Below the pieces are notes generated by a model. It worked only from the letters and a program-made list of their open reading frames with translations. It did not search any database and had not been told where the DNA came from. A DNA stretch of 63,965 nucleotides, counting the filler, from Octopus bimaculoides (lineage: Eukaryota), in NCBI RefSeq assembly GCF_001194135.2. It is 8 parts of 7 records of this genome, joined end to end, with 100 filler letters (N's around TTAATTAATTAA, not from the genome) between each part and the next. Parts side by side here need not be neighbours in the genome. Positions count along the whole stretch, not along the records: positions 1 to 18,177 come from NC_069005.1; 7 more parts are not named here. The stretch is one strand, 5' to 3'. A program made the translations under genes and the position numbers. Positions 1 to 11,719 of the stretch are shown in pieces. Each line of letters opens with the position of its first letter. The stretch's first letter is position 1.

Positions 1-619
1 GATCTAAACCTAGTGTTGAGAACCATATTGTTTTAATTTAGAATAGTTAGACTGTTAAACCCGATAAAAATACTCTTCAGTTGTTGTTTACATGTATTCT
101 TTGTTTTTTTTTTAATTTTTCGATACATCACCCCCTTGACTTTTTCAGTGGATATAGATTTTTAAAATGATTGATTATTTTTTCTTATTTTATTTGTTAT
201 TTGTTTTGTAGTGTTATATCTCTATGGCAACTGCGTGAACTGATGACCTTTTTATTCATTTAGCTTTTGTTTCTTATATTTTGCTACCCTTTTGTTGCCA
301 ACATAAGAACACGTGTGTGTTATATGTAATTAACTTTCGTTGGTAGTCTTATATTCGTATTCTGGCATTATACCGTCCTTTCTTACTATTTATTGTATGG
401 GCACAGAACCTGTTTTTTTTTTGTATATGTACGGCGTCTGTAACCTGTTTTAAAGTTGGGTCTTATAGACTTCAGGCTAGAATTTTTAGTTCAACAGTTT
501 TATCAATCTCATGCTTTTCCATAGGGGATATTGATAGAGGTTGGGTACCTTAATGAGCTCTGATAACAGCAAATCTGGCAATGTAGATAATGATAATGTA
601 TATATATATATATATATAT

Positions 620-2060
620 AAACATGATCTAAAAAAGTTTGCATTACTAAACTGATCGGAACAAGATAGAAAACGTTATCTCAGCAGTAAATGTGACCCT
701 CTTTAAGCATGGAGCAGAATGATTTAACTCTTCTAAACTCCAATGAGTTATGATTGAATAACAAAGATAATGGCACACGCTTTTGTTGCCAACATAAAAA
801 CGAAACTAAAGGACATGATTTAAAATAAAATAATAAATTATGTAACCAAGAGAAGGGTACAGCGATTAAAGATAGCTTTGTTGACGAGGTAACCAAACAC
901 TTCATTGTATGGTGGAATAAAAGAAATCAAACAACACCGACTTGAGTATTCCATATCGCTAGTTGTGTCGATGACAAGAATTGCGATTAAAACAATTTCA
1001 CATGATGACACCCTAGAAACAGAATAACATTCTATGGAAAGAAAAGAGCAGGCACATAAAAAACTTCACTCATCAAATGTTTCAAGGGGGCTTTGATTAC
1101 TCGTCCAAACACAGCCACCAAAAAGAATGACAACCACTTCTAGATAGGGAACCATGACTAGACATTATCAGTGTCTAGTCCTCTCTTCACATTATATGAA
1201 GCTTATTGTCAATTAGCGCCTGGTCCTCCCAAAGCTTTGCTACATCTTAATAGCAAACCTAATAATGATCATGAGAAGTGCACCTCGTATGTCGTATGTG
1301 TCAAATCCTACAAATTGTGAAATCACATATAAGATTACATTCATCGCACGCAGTTCTCTGGTTATAACGAACGAGTTTAGATTAGAACATATAGAAAAGC
1401 AGGAGAAATATTTCAAAACATCATAAGTCATGATGCAAGTAGAGCATGCCTTAAGTACTGAACTATATTCTGAAACAAACTAGAATAAAAGGGTAAAAAA
1501 TTAGACAAAACAACTCATATTGTGACAACAACAAATTTCAGGCTGTGATGTCTACCGATAATACATCTAGAGGTAAATTAAACCGCTAAATTAGAAAAGC
1601 AATATTGAAACAAAATTAAAACTCACAGTTGAGAATGAAGCAGATTCATTAAGTCACTATTATGTGAATGTCTCATTTAAGGAAATACTTTGCACTGATA
1701 ACAGCAAATCTCGAAATGTAGAACACCTATTCAAATGCATGGAAAAGAAATGTAGAAACACCGCCTCAACATATATATAGGAAAACTGTTTGCAGTTTAA
1801 GTGAAAGAGTTGACGAACACTACGAGAATACAATGAAAAGATGAAAAACTTCCATGTTCTAGCAACAAGCTGTACAGAAACAATGAATCGATAAAAATGT
1901 TGCAGTAATAATTCTATCCAGACATTGAAAAGACCCAACATTTCAAACAGACTGTACAAATGGAAGAAACAGTTTTCTGACTCGACATACGTACAATAAT
2001 GAGAACGAATAACATTACATCTCTTTGACGAAAACAAAGATACAATAAGACGAAAGCCAG
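620..2060 (+). pseudogene. Heavily decayed Penelope-like retroelement (RT plus GIY-YIG endonuclease remnants)
   Basis: Manual translation across frameshifts: ~1700-1810 SRNVEHLFKCMEKKC..STYI/GKTVCSLSERVDEH matches the GIY-YIG pattern (VY.F.C..C...YIG.T.R.L..R..EH); ~840-870 LCNQEKGTAI resembles the PLE RT motif Y.Q..GTAMG. Many stops; boundaries approximate. Confidence 0.55.
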
Positions 2061-2309
2061 CTAATAGTCAACCGTACATATACAAAACACGCACGTATCA
2101 GCTGACATAGTTGCCATGGAGATGTAAGAAAACAAAAGAAATTCAGTTAGAAAACTTAAAATCTACAATTTAGAAAATCTATAGCCATTGAAATAGTATC
2201 GTTATTGGGAGGAAAGGAAAAGAAAAATATAGACAAACAACGAACGGGGCTTGTGTTTATAGGGTTCAGCTATATGAATGACCTTTGTAAGGGAAAATAA
2301 AATCAGTAA

Positions 2310-2535
2310 ATGAGGAAAGAAACTCAGTATTTGCATACATACAAAGATATTTGTACACACATATACGCATACATATACATACGTACATACACACATATAC
2401 GCATGCATACATATACAGATACATACATATACAGATACATACATACATACATATATACATGTATACATACATATATACACATACGTATTGATGAATGGAT
2501 GCATGCGTGTGTGTGCATGTGTGCATGTGTGCGTG
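2310..2535. repeat. (CATA)n/(CA)n/(TG)n compound microsatellite
   Basis: Directly visible tandem repeats. Confidence 0.95.
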
Positions 2536-2569
2536 TGAGTTATTTATTCATTTAAAGATCTTGTGCTCT

Positions 2570-2910
2570 TTTACAAAGCCATTACTAGAATGAATCAATG
2601 AGTCCTTGATGATGCTATGTGAGGCGCTTGTATGAGTCTTGAGCCTGGTCAAAGATTTGTCCATTCTTTTGCATAATGCACAGCTGTACTGGCTGGCAGA
2701 CTGAAGGAACAGATGCCACAGTAAGAACTCTTTTGACATACCTTTTCAATCCTCCAACTGACAAGGCACACCTTTCTACAGGTTGCACATGTTCTACTGT
2801 AAACAATAGCCATATCACAATTTACCATTGGTCGATTCCTATGAGTTCTCTGATGGCTGACCAGGCCTGCACGACTCAAGCATTTCCTCACCCAAACCAC
2901 ACACACAAAA
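2570..2910 (-). pseudogene. 3' coding end of an RTE-like LINE with three decayed C2H2-like fingers
   Basis: Three frames give VCVVWVRKCLSRAGLVSHQRTH, TCATCRKVC/LSVGGLKRYVKRV and SCALCKRMDKSLTRLKTHTSASH; C.SR.GL.SH.R.H is typical of RTE ORF C-termini. Confidence 0.6.
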
Positions 2911-3116
2911 AGCAACACTCCGTGCATACATACATACATTTGTATATACATGTATATACAAATTTTATGTCTAGGGAGAGCCATTATGTCAATATTATTA
3001 ATACACGCACTGGTTCAATTCCACTCATTTATTATTAATTAATTGGTTAAATATCCAACTAACTAATTATCTATGCCAAATAGGAAATACACGTAGAAGG
3101 TAGGGGAACTTAGACT

Positions 3117-3333
3117 ATTCTCTTCTACTCTAGGCACAAGGCCCGAAATTTTGGGGGAGGGGACCAGTCGGTTAGATCGACACCAGTACGCAACTGGTAC
3201 TTAATTTATCCACCTCGAAAGGATGAAAGGCGAAGTCGACCCCGGCTGAATTTGAACTCAGAACGTAAAGACAGACGAAATACCGCTAAGCATTTCGCCC
3301 GGCGTGCGAACGTTTCTGCCAGCTCGCGGCCTT
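3117..3333 (-). mobile_element. SINE family A (tRNA-derived, Nin/Deu-like central domain), full length
   Basis: Reverse complement reads GGCCGCGAGCTGGCAGAAACGTT...GAGTTCAAATT (B-box-like)...GCCTTTCATCCTTTCGAGGTGGATAAATTAAGTACCAG...GTAGAAGAGAAT; >15 similar copies in the window. Confidence 0.9.
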
Positions 3334-3449
3334 AAAGGTAGGGAAACTCCATTGATACAGATACCACTCTCGCACAGTATGCATATATACGTACATTCAT
3401 GAGTAGGCAGTCAAGTAGGTAAATAAGTAGGTAAGTAGATATGTATAAC

Positions 3450-3610
3450 TAGATAGGGGTAGACAGATAGATAGATAGATTAATAGAGATAGATATGGAT
3501 AGATAGATAGATAGATTGATTGATTGATAGAGATAGGCATAGCTAGATAGATAAGTATAGATAGATAGATAGGTATAGATAGATAGATTATTTGATAGGT
3601 GGATAGATAG
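3450..3610. repeat. (GATA)n microsatellite
   Basis: Directly visible. Confidence 0.95.
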
Positions 3611-5499
3611 AAAGAACATCCGTAATCAGAAGATAACAGCTACAAGCTACCAAAGGTACCATTAAAATATGTAAAACATTCATGAAGTTCAACATGTATT
3701 ACGATCCACATGTGCATTGCTAACCACACCTGCGCCCTTGTGCACACATATAAGTCGATGCAAACATGTTTACAGCAATATATGTACGCAAACGTACATG
3801 CACACACGCGCACATGTATATACACACATGCATACAGACATATATGCATACATACGTACGTACGTACGTACGTACGCACGTTCAAGACTGCTCTGTTTGA
3901 TGTCTGATTACTGGTGAAAGTATTTTATTTCTAGGCTCGACACCGACTCTTTCGCCATTGGTAAGAACGAACATACCTACATACGTACATACATACATAC
4001 ATACATACACATATATACATACATACATGCATAAATAAATACATGCATAAATACATACATCCATCCTCATATAAATGCGTGCATGCATATCGATACATAC
4101 ATAAATATGTACACATACTTATTATATAAATATATACACATATGTTGTGTATATATGTTGGGGTTCGGGTAAATTTGACTTTAGTCACGCTGCATATCAA
4201 TTTTTATTAATATAGATGGTGTAGTTAAATTGCTGCCGGAGGCCATTGTTTATCTCGAATATAGTTTTTTTTATGTGCAGCTATAAAGCTTTAATATTGT
4301 TGTCCCACTACACGAGAACATCTAGTTCCCCTGACATCAGTATTACTAAGACTCATAATATTTCCACTCACACACTTCTCATCTCACTCACGTTCAGGCT
4401 TAGTTCGATATTTGAACCAGAAAATGAAGACACCGGTTATGCGCAGTCATTTTGGCGTCTCCCATCCTATTATAGTTTCACTTCTTATCAAGTTAAGTAG
4501 AAAAAACGCTAATCAGATTCGAAATCGCGATTTTAAGACTCTTTCCTCTCCCCCCCCCCCCNNNNNNNNNNNNNNNNNNNNNNNNNNNNNNNNNNNNNNN
4601 NNNNNNNNNNNNNNNNNNNNNNNNNNNNNNNNNNNNNNNNNNNNNNNNNNNNNNNNNNNNNNNNNNNNNNNNNNNNNNNNNNNNNNNNNNNNNNNNNNNN
4701 NNNNNNNNNNNNNNNNNNNNNNNNNNNNNNNNNNNNNNNNNNNNNNNNNNNNNNNNNNNNNNNNNNNNNNNNNNNNNNNNNNNNNNNNNNNNNNNNNNNN
4801 NNNNNNNNNNNNNNNNNNNNNNNNNNNNNNNNNNNNNNNNNNNNNNNNNNNCATCATCACCACAGCCACCACCACCACAGCCATCGCCAGGACTACCAAA
4901 AATTCTATCTCCCACCACCTCTGCTATCACCACCAACACTGCAGCTTCCACTCCCACCACCACCACCACAACCATCACCACCACCACCACCACCACCACC
5001 CCGCCACAACCGAGTTTAGCGAAATTGGGACAGCATAAAAAAGCACAAACAAAAATAACAACTACAAAGAAATTACGAGATGAGAAATAAATAAGTTAAC
5101 ACATAATCGAATCTTGCTCGATTTCTTGCAGAACCAAATCAATACCAGCAATAAACTTCGTAATCGTATTACAGCTTCTTTACGTCTTTTATTTTCTCAA
5201 ATATTTCTTGTGGTTGTTTGTCCATTCTGCTGTTGTCCGCACCAATTCGAGATGCCAAAAGCCATTTGACGTCTTAATATATACAATATAGGCACATACG
5301 TGGCTGTGTGGTAAGAAGCTGGCTTCCTAACCACATGGTCTCGGGTTCAGCCCCACTACGTAGAACTTTGGGCTAGTGTAATCTCGTTTACTTCCTGTTA
5401 ACGATCGAGGCAGGTAATTTCGTTTACTTCCTGTTAAAAAGGGGAGTGGAGAAGACAGTTGGACTTTGGCGTGGATGGTACAAAATACGAGAGGGAGCT

Positions 5500-6210
5500 G
5501 CATACAGATCGGACCGCTCACCACCTACCTTTGAACAATTGAGGACTGGACATGAAATTCTTTGGGTATTATACCTGTTGTCAAATAATCCCAATCGCTG
5601 AATATTAATTCCATGTTTGAACAATTTCTGTTATTGCGATCAGAAGTTTACCCCTTTTATACATAAGATTTGCCTGATCGTAAGAATATAAAGTAATACA
5701 TATACAATAAATTATATATATCTTGTGATGCGCCTGGATACATTGTCAGTGATGCTATTTGGGACCATTGGGGTCTTCGTGTCTTTCAATCATTAAACAA
5801 TCTCGCCTAACAGACTCAGCTACGGTCGATCTACCCGCAACTTGAGTCCAGGTAGTACTATTCTTTCCGTAACTCAAATATTCTGATTCATAGTTACCTT
5901 GAAGTAATTTTTCTTGCTTCGGTAACCAATTTAATGGCTACTGGCTTCTCTGATGTTCAGTATATTATAAGCTTTGCACTGTTCTTCAAACGACTTTACG
6001 AGGATGTCCATAACAAGAGCGGACAAGAAATACTACATCCAGTGGTAATACTGTTTTCGAGCTTGAACCACTCGGATGTTGTACAACTTGCAGAGACTCT
6101 TAGACTGATGCTGTTCAGAGGAGCTCTCTGAAGCTCTGAACGGATTGGATCAATAAAATGTAAGCATGCGATGCGACAATAATCAATTTGAACAGCCATC
6201 AAACTTTATC
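5500..6210 (-). pseudogene. Decayed RLE-type non-LTR retrotransposon RT fragment (HERO/NeSL-like)
   Basis: Minus-strand translation TTSEWFKLENSITTGCSISCPLL resembles HERO-type TS.W..LE.GIITGCTIS..LF; downstream FKHGI resembles the YQHGILPR motif. Confidence 0.55.
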
Positions 6211-6419
6211 AGGTAGGAGTGTTTATTTATTTTGAATAATAAATATATTTTGATTTATATTTTTACAAGCTTTTCTTCCAAGCTCCCCCATCACCAACCT
6301 CCCCCCCCCTATCTTCCCACTCCACTCATAGTAGAAGAGATCGCCTTAAAGAGACTTAAATCAATCGTTACTACTATTAAATCCTTTCACTGTCATTTAT
6401 TGAATATCAGTTATGGTTA

Positions 6420-6800
6420 AGGTATAACGATGTTTTAGCTCGGCTCATTCTGTTGTTGTCGCCGTTTACCAATGTTTTTGTTGTTGTTGTTGGTGGTGTT
6501 GTTATGTTGATGGCGTCGATGTTACACTACCATTGCTCATGTTGATATAAACTAATGCTAACGTTGTTGATATTGCACTTTTATTCTTGTTGATGTTTCT
6601 GGTGTTTGTTGCTGCTTATGTTATTATTACCAATCTTGCAGTTGATGTGGATGTTATTGTTGACACTATTGATGTTGTTGCGAACGCTGATGCTGAAAGC
6701 ATTGTTGTTTATTGTTGCTTCCTTTTGTTGTTGTTGTTGTTCTTATTGTTGTTGTTGCAGCTGTTACTATAGCTTGATATTACTGTTGTTATCTGCGCGA
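6420..6800. repeat. Degenerate (GTT)n/(GAT)n low-complexity tract
   Basis: Directly visible. Confidence 0.85.
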
Positions 6801-7820
6801 TAATTCCATCTAGGTGATATACTTACATAGTTCTTTGGCTTTGATGTGATCGATCACATCAAAACTGCACGTTTCCCTGCCTGATTTTTTTCTCTTTTCT
6901 CTTTTAGCTTTTTTTTTCTTTATTTACTACAAGATATAAAATGATATTAAATCATTCTTTGGCAATTATTGATTTTCTTCTTCACTTGCTGCTCGCCGAT
7001 CACGCCTACTCTTATCGATCACTCAATAACTTTAGACATACAAATGACACACTACCGAGCCTTTATTTGCACATTTTTACATCCCACTCCAAAATTTAAG
7101 GCTTTTTTAGCACCGATATACACATCCATCCCCCATCCCCCTCTCTTCTTCCCTATTTTCCTCCATCCATCCAGCCATATATTTATATATGCATATGCAT
7201 AGGCACATCTACATATATTTATGTGTTTGCTTTCTTGTGTTGAGGTGTTTTTCGTTTTCACTTTTACTAGATGTTCCGCATAAATGACCATCGAATGCTT
7301 TTAATTTTTATAATATACTGATGATAAATATGTCTTAATGGTATTTGTTAACCTATATGGAGCTTTGAAAACTGTTTCAAATGTTAGAGAAATCTTGAAA
7401 TTGGACAAACTAATGATTGAGTGATGGCTTCAGACGATCGCTGGATCTGCTACTTATAACAGCCAAATCTCCCGCATATAACATCCCTAGTGCCTTTAAA
7501 AAAGGAAGAGCACGCTGGATAATATAATCATGTGTACACTGACCTCGCCCCAGAGAGAAAAGACTGTATAGTTATGTCTGAAGGGCCTTTTAATGTTGGT
7601 ATGCGCGATCAAGACTGATCACGGGGTAAATAACAGCAATATAATTTGGGTAAGAAAACAACGGAGATTATCTGTCTGTCTGTCCGTCTGTCTGTCCGTC
7701 TGTCTGTCCGTCTGTCTGTTCGTCTGTCTGTCTGTATGTATGTATGTATGTCTGTATGTCTGTCTGTCTGTCTGTATGTATGTATGTATGCATGTATATA
7801 TGTCTGTATGAATGTATGTA

Positions 7821-8217
7821 GGCGTAGGAGTGGTTGTGTGGTAAGTAGCTTGCTTTACGAACCACATGGTTCCGATTACAGTCTCACTGCGTGGCACATT
7901 GGGCAAGTGTCTTCTACTATAGCCTCGGGCCGACCAAAGCCTTGTGAGTGGATTTGGTAGACGGAAACTGAAAGACGCCTATCATATATATGTGTGTTTG
8001 CATGTACGTTTGTGTGTTTGTGTTTGTCTCCCCCAACATCTTGACATCCGATGCTGGTGTGTTTAGGTCCCCGTAACTTAGCAGTTCGGCAAAAGAAACC
8101 GATCAAATAAGTACTAGGTTTACAAAGAATAAGTCCTGGGGTCGATTTGCTCGACTAAAGGCAGTGCTCCGGTATGGCCACAGTCAAATGGCTGAAACAA
8201 GTAAAAGAATAAAGAGA
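7821..8217 (+). mobile_element. SINE family B (tRNA head, CORE-like domain, internal AT/GT microsatellite, 3' tail), full length
   Basis: GGCGTAGGAGTGGTTGTGTGG head, CORE-like GTGGCACATTGGGCAAGTGTCTT, GTGGATTTGGTAGACGGAAACTGAAAGA, internal (AT)/(GT) tract, tail ending GAAACAAGTAAAAGAATAAAAG. CORE-SINEs (OR1/OR2) are known from octopus; exact family identity not verified. Confidence 0.9.
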
Positions 8218-8389
8218 GTAAGTACGCATGTATGTATACATGTATGTATTTATGCATACATGCATGCATTGATGTATGTGTACATCATGTACGTATGTAT
8301 GTATGCATGAGTGTGTGTATTTAAGAAAGCATGCATACTTTCTTAACTGTACGTACGTTTGCATGATGGGGCAACTTGAAACAGAATGG

Positions 8390-8930
8390 TTGCAGGATGC
8401 ATAATGATCTGGCTATTGTAATAATATCGCAAATGATGTTTGAGGATGTCTAAATGTTACTGAGCATACTTGACCAATTAAAGTAAAGCCTTTGGTCACG
8501 TGTACATATGGATCATAGTTTCGTGCGTCACACTGGTTTTCTACACATACTTGATATATATTTCAGTTGGCCATAAGTCATCGAGATTAATGACCAGTCT
8601 GCTAAAAGAGTGATCAACATTTTGAGAACTATTTTGAGAAACATTTTTCCTACAAATGCTGGTTTCTCATAATACTTCAGTGTTCTATGATCATATATTT
8701 TTAGAATGGCTTCAGACTTTTTTAAGATCTACCATTTTATCCAGCGTCTAAAAGTCAAGTTGAAAGAATGGTAAAGATTGTGAAAATGGAAGCTAAAGCC
8801 TATTTATCTAAATTTCTACTCAGTTACCGATCGGCTCTCCACACAAGAAGGAAGAAAAGTTTTTCAGCCTTGATAGGATATCAGATAAGAACACCTTTAA
8901 CAATGTCTTCTGGCATTCATTCTCGTTTGT
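8390..8930 (+). pseudogene. Decayed Ty3/Gypsy integrase fragment
   Basis: Across frameshifts: WSRVHMD...LHILDIYFSWP*VIE, INILRTI, FYPASKSQVERMVKIVK, LSKFLLSYRSALHT...LIGYQIRTPL, colinear with canonical rve motifs (PWSRVHID, D.YSKWPEV, PYHPASNG.AER.V..K, FLL.YR..PH). Confidence 0.75.
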
Positions 8931-9652
8931 AACATGTTCCTAAACCTGGCCGAATACCTGAAAAGCTCGATACATAACAGAGAAAGGAAAAATACGTCAT
9001 TAGAGGTAAAGAATGAGAGTACAGTTATAGTGCACAATGATAAAGTAAAAAAAATGCTTTAGACGTGACGAGGGAAATAAAGGCAGGAAGCAAAATCAAC
9101 CAATAACTGATAATAGCCCATCACCAGATAAAACTAATGTTGATATCAATAGCACAGCTTTATTAAAGTAGACGAAGCAAAGCAGAAAACAAGAGGGTTC
9201 TTTCTAATAATATAGAGAACTGTTGTATCATTGTTGTAATAATAGCAGTGCTGCATGCATTTTGCATGATAGTGTTCAATGCTTCAATCTAATGATTTTC
9301 TTTCTCTGATTGCTGGCGTAGACGCTTCGACACGAAAGCCATAAAATCTTCAACAAACACAACGTGAAAATTAGTTACAGCTGCTTAGATAACTTTATAC
9401 TGATGATCTGTCCAATATACGTTTTTTTAAAGTCGTGTGAACTTGCTAGTTAACTTATAAACCTATCTCTGGAATAAGCACTGAGAATAAATTGCTGTCC
9501 GTCTGGTTGATAATACTGGTTTCAAATTTTAGCACAAGGCCAGCAAGTTTGGAAGAGCGGGTAAGTCGACCTGAGTGCTCAACTCATACTTATTTTATCA
9601 ACCCCAAAAGGATGAAAGGCAAAGAAATAGAGGGGTGGCTCTGTGTATGTGC

Positions 9653-9694
<42 letters not shown>

Positions 9695-10418
9695 NNNNNN
9701 NNNNAGAGAGAGAGAGAAAGAGAGAGAGACAGAGAGAGACAGAGAGAGAGAGAGGAAGAGGGAGGATTGTAGAGAGATAAATGGGGAGAGAAAGGACAGG
9801 GCTTAGAGATAAAGAGAGAGATATCAGTCTAAAGAGAAGGGAAAGGAAGAGGCAAAAATGCATTATACAATCACACAAAGAAACTTGATGAGCTACAAGA
9901 AATACTTCGTAATTGTCGTGTAATCTGATTTTGGCTGATGTTGCACCGTCTTGTGTAAGAAGTTTCGATTCCTGGTTGCAGACGTTTCACTTCACTTACG
10001 TCATGTATGAACTTCATAAAAAAAATAACTGCCATAATTTTCACGCCCGTCCTCACCCCTTACGTCAGTCATGTTGATCACCTTTGATTGATATTTCTAG
10101 TTAGGAAAGTTCAAGCAGGCGATGGCATTTATCGAATTACTAGACAAATATAAGTGTTTATTTCACGTTCTATTGCAAGAAGAAAGTCTGTTTCTTAACA
10201 TTTAGTAGCCAGAAATATCCATCAATGGGTGATGGCTGATCAGCTCCTATTGACCTTTTTCTCATGAAATATAAGTATATATTTCCGGAAGCTAGTGTTA
10301 ATGAGGTTATAAACATTAGCGTGTTCAGAGCAAAAAGAGAACGAAACTTCTGTTGCAAATTTGAAAGCACAATAAGTGAAAAGTGAATGCACAATAAGTG
10401 AAGGTTGTCTAGTAATTT

Positions 10419-10569
10419 ACATTATTTACACTTGACGGATATTTGTCCTCATCTTGCTTGTTGTTAACACAACGTTTCGGCTGATATACCCTCCAGCCTT
10501 CATCAGGTATCTTGGGGAAATTTCGAACCTGAGTTCTCATTCCTAAGGTATTTTTCAATGTTGTTGTTG

Positions 10570-10650
<81 letters not shown>

Positions 10651-10720
10651 TCATTGCCTGGAATCGAACTCAGAATCTTGGGGTTAGTAGCCCGCGATCT
10701 TATCCACTACGCCATATGCC
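10419..10720 (-). mobile_element. SINE family D, left arm (tRNA-like head, (AAT)n, hammerhead-bearing tail)
   Basis: Reverse complement of the right arm; intact A box TGGCGTAGTGG and B box GAGTTCGATTCC. Confidence 0.85.
10466..10511 (-). ncRNA. Minimal type-I hammerhead ribozyme (predicted cleavage between 10471 and 10470)
   Basis: GAUAC-CUGAUGA-A-GGCUG(gagggtatat)CAGCC-GAA-ACGU-U/GUGUU: stem I, stem II and full catalytic core present. Confidence 0.75.
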
Positions 10721-10724
10721 CACT

Positions 10725-10989
10725 GGCATATATCGTAGTGGTTAAGAGCGCGGGCTACTAACCCCAAGAATCCAAGTTCGATTCCAGGCAGTGACCTAAA
10801 TAATAATAATAATAACATCGAAAACTACCTTAGGAATGAGAAGCCAGATTCGAAATTTTCTCAAGACACCTGATGAAGGCTGGAGGTATATCAGCCGAAA
10901 CGTTGTGTTAACAACAAACAAGATGAGGACAAATATCCGTCGAATGTAAATAATGTACGTAATTCCTCATCTCTTAGATATAGAACTGT
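10725..10989 (+). mobile_element. SINE family D, right arm (tRNA-like head, (AAT)n, hammerhead-bearing tail)
   Basis: GGCATATATCGTAGTGGTTAAGAGCGCGGGCTACTAACCCC...AAGTTCGATTCC head (GGGCTACTAACCC resembles a tRNA-Ser(GCU) anticodon arm), then tail with CTGATGA...GAAA. Confidence 0.85.
10865..10909 (+). ncRNA. Minimal type-I hammerhead ribozyme (predicted cleavage between 10904 and 10905)
   Basis: GACAC-CUGAUGA-A-GGCUG(gaggtatat)CAGCC-GAA-ACGU-U/GUGUU: 5-bp stem I, 5-bp stem II, palindromic loop-less stem III. Confidence 0.8.
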
Positions 10990-11301
10990 GTTATCTAGTA
11001 AGTTATCGACTCAGTTATTTGACATCTGCACATCACTAACACGATGTATAAAAGGATAACAGATTATAAAAGATATCAATGTGATACAGCAAAGACAACC
11101 GGGCCCGTTGGTGTCATTTGAAGCACTGAGAAGTGATATTTGGTTCAAGATTCGTCTGTCAACCTATATTTTATTGTGTCAAATTGCTTCTTGTTATACT
11201 TCATTTTTGCATTAGGTTTGCAAATTACTTTATGCGAATTCTTGTGTTGAAACAAATTTTGTCGTGTCTAGGGAGAGTCATGTTTCACATAATTTAAGAG
11301 G

Positions 11302-11512
11302 AGGGTGAGTGCGAGCTGACAGAATCGTTAACATACCGGTCAAAATGTTAAGTGGTTTTACGTTCTAACTTCAAATTCCGCCGTGGTCAGTTTTGTCTTT
11401 CATCCTTTCGGAGTCTATAAATATAGTCCCAGTCAAGAACTGGGGGTTGATGTAGTCGATTCCCCCTCCCCCATAAAAATATCTTCATGTCTTGTACCTA
11501 CAGTAGAAAGGA
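11302..11512 (+). mobile_element. SINE family A, diverged copy
   Basis: GCGAGCTGACAGAATCGTTA...TTCAAATTCCGCC...CATCCTTTCGGAGTC...GTAGAAAGGAT. Confidence 0.75.
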
Positions 11513-11719
11513 TCGTGTCTAATATTACCCTAGTAAAATAACCATTCATAAATAAATATCTTTTCTTCATTTTTGAGATTTATACGCATCATGGAAATAC
11601 GCTACTTGAGAGGGAAACCAAAATGCTATTAAACCTTAATAAAATTAATTCGTAACGCAATGAAGCTATAGTGTAGTGAAACTATGATGTGGAAAAACTA
11701 TAGTCTTGTGAAACTATGT

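Noticed and set aside
10725-10790. tRNA gene (also at 11720 and other SINE heads)
   Set aside because: A and B boxes are present but no acceptor stem closes, and each continues into a repeated SINE body.
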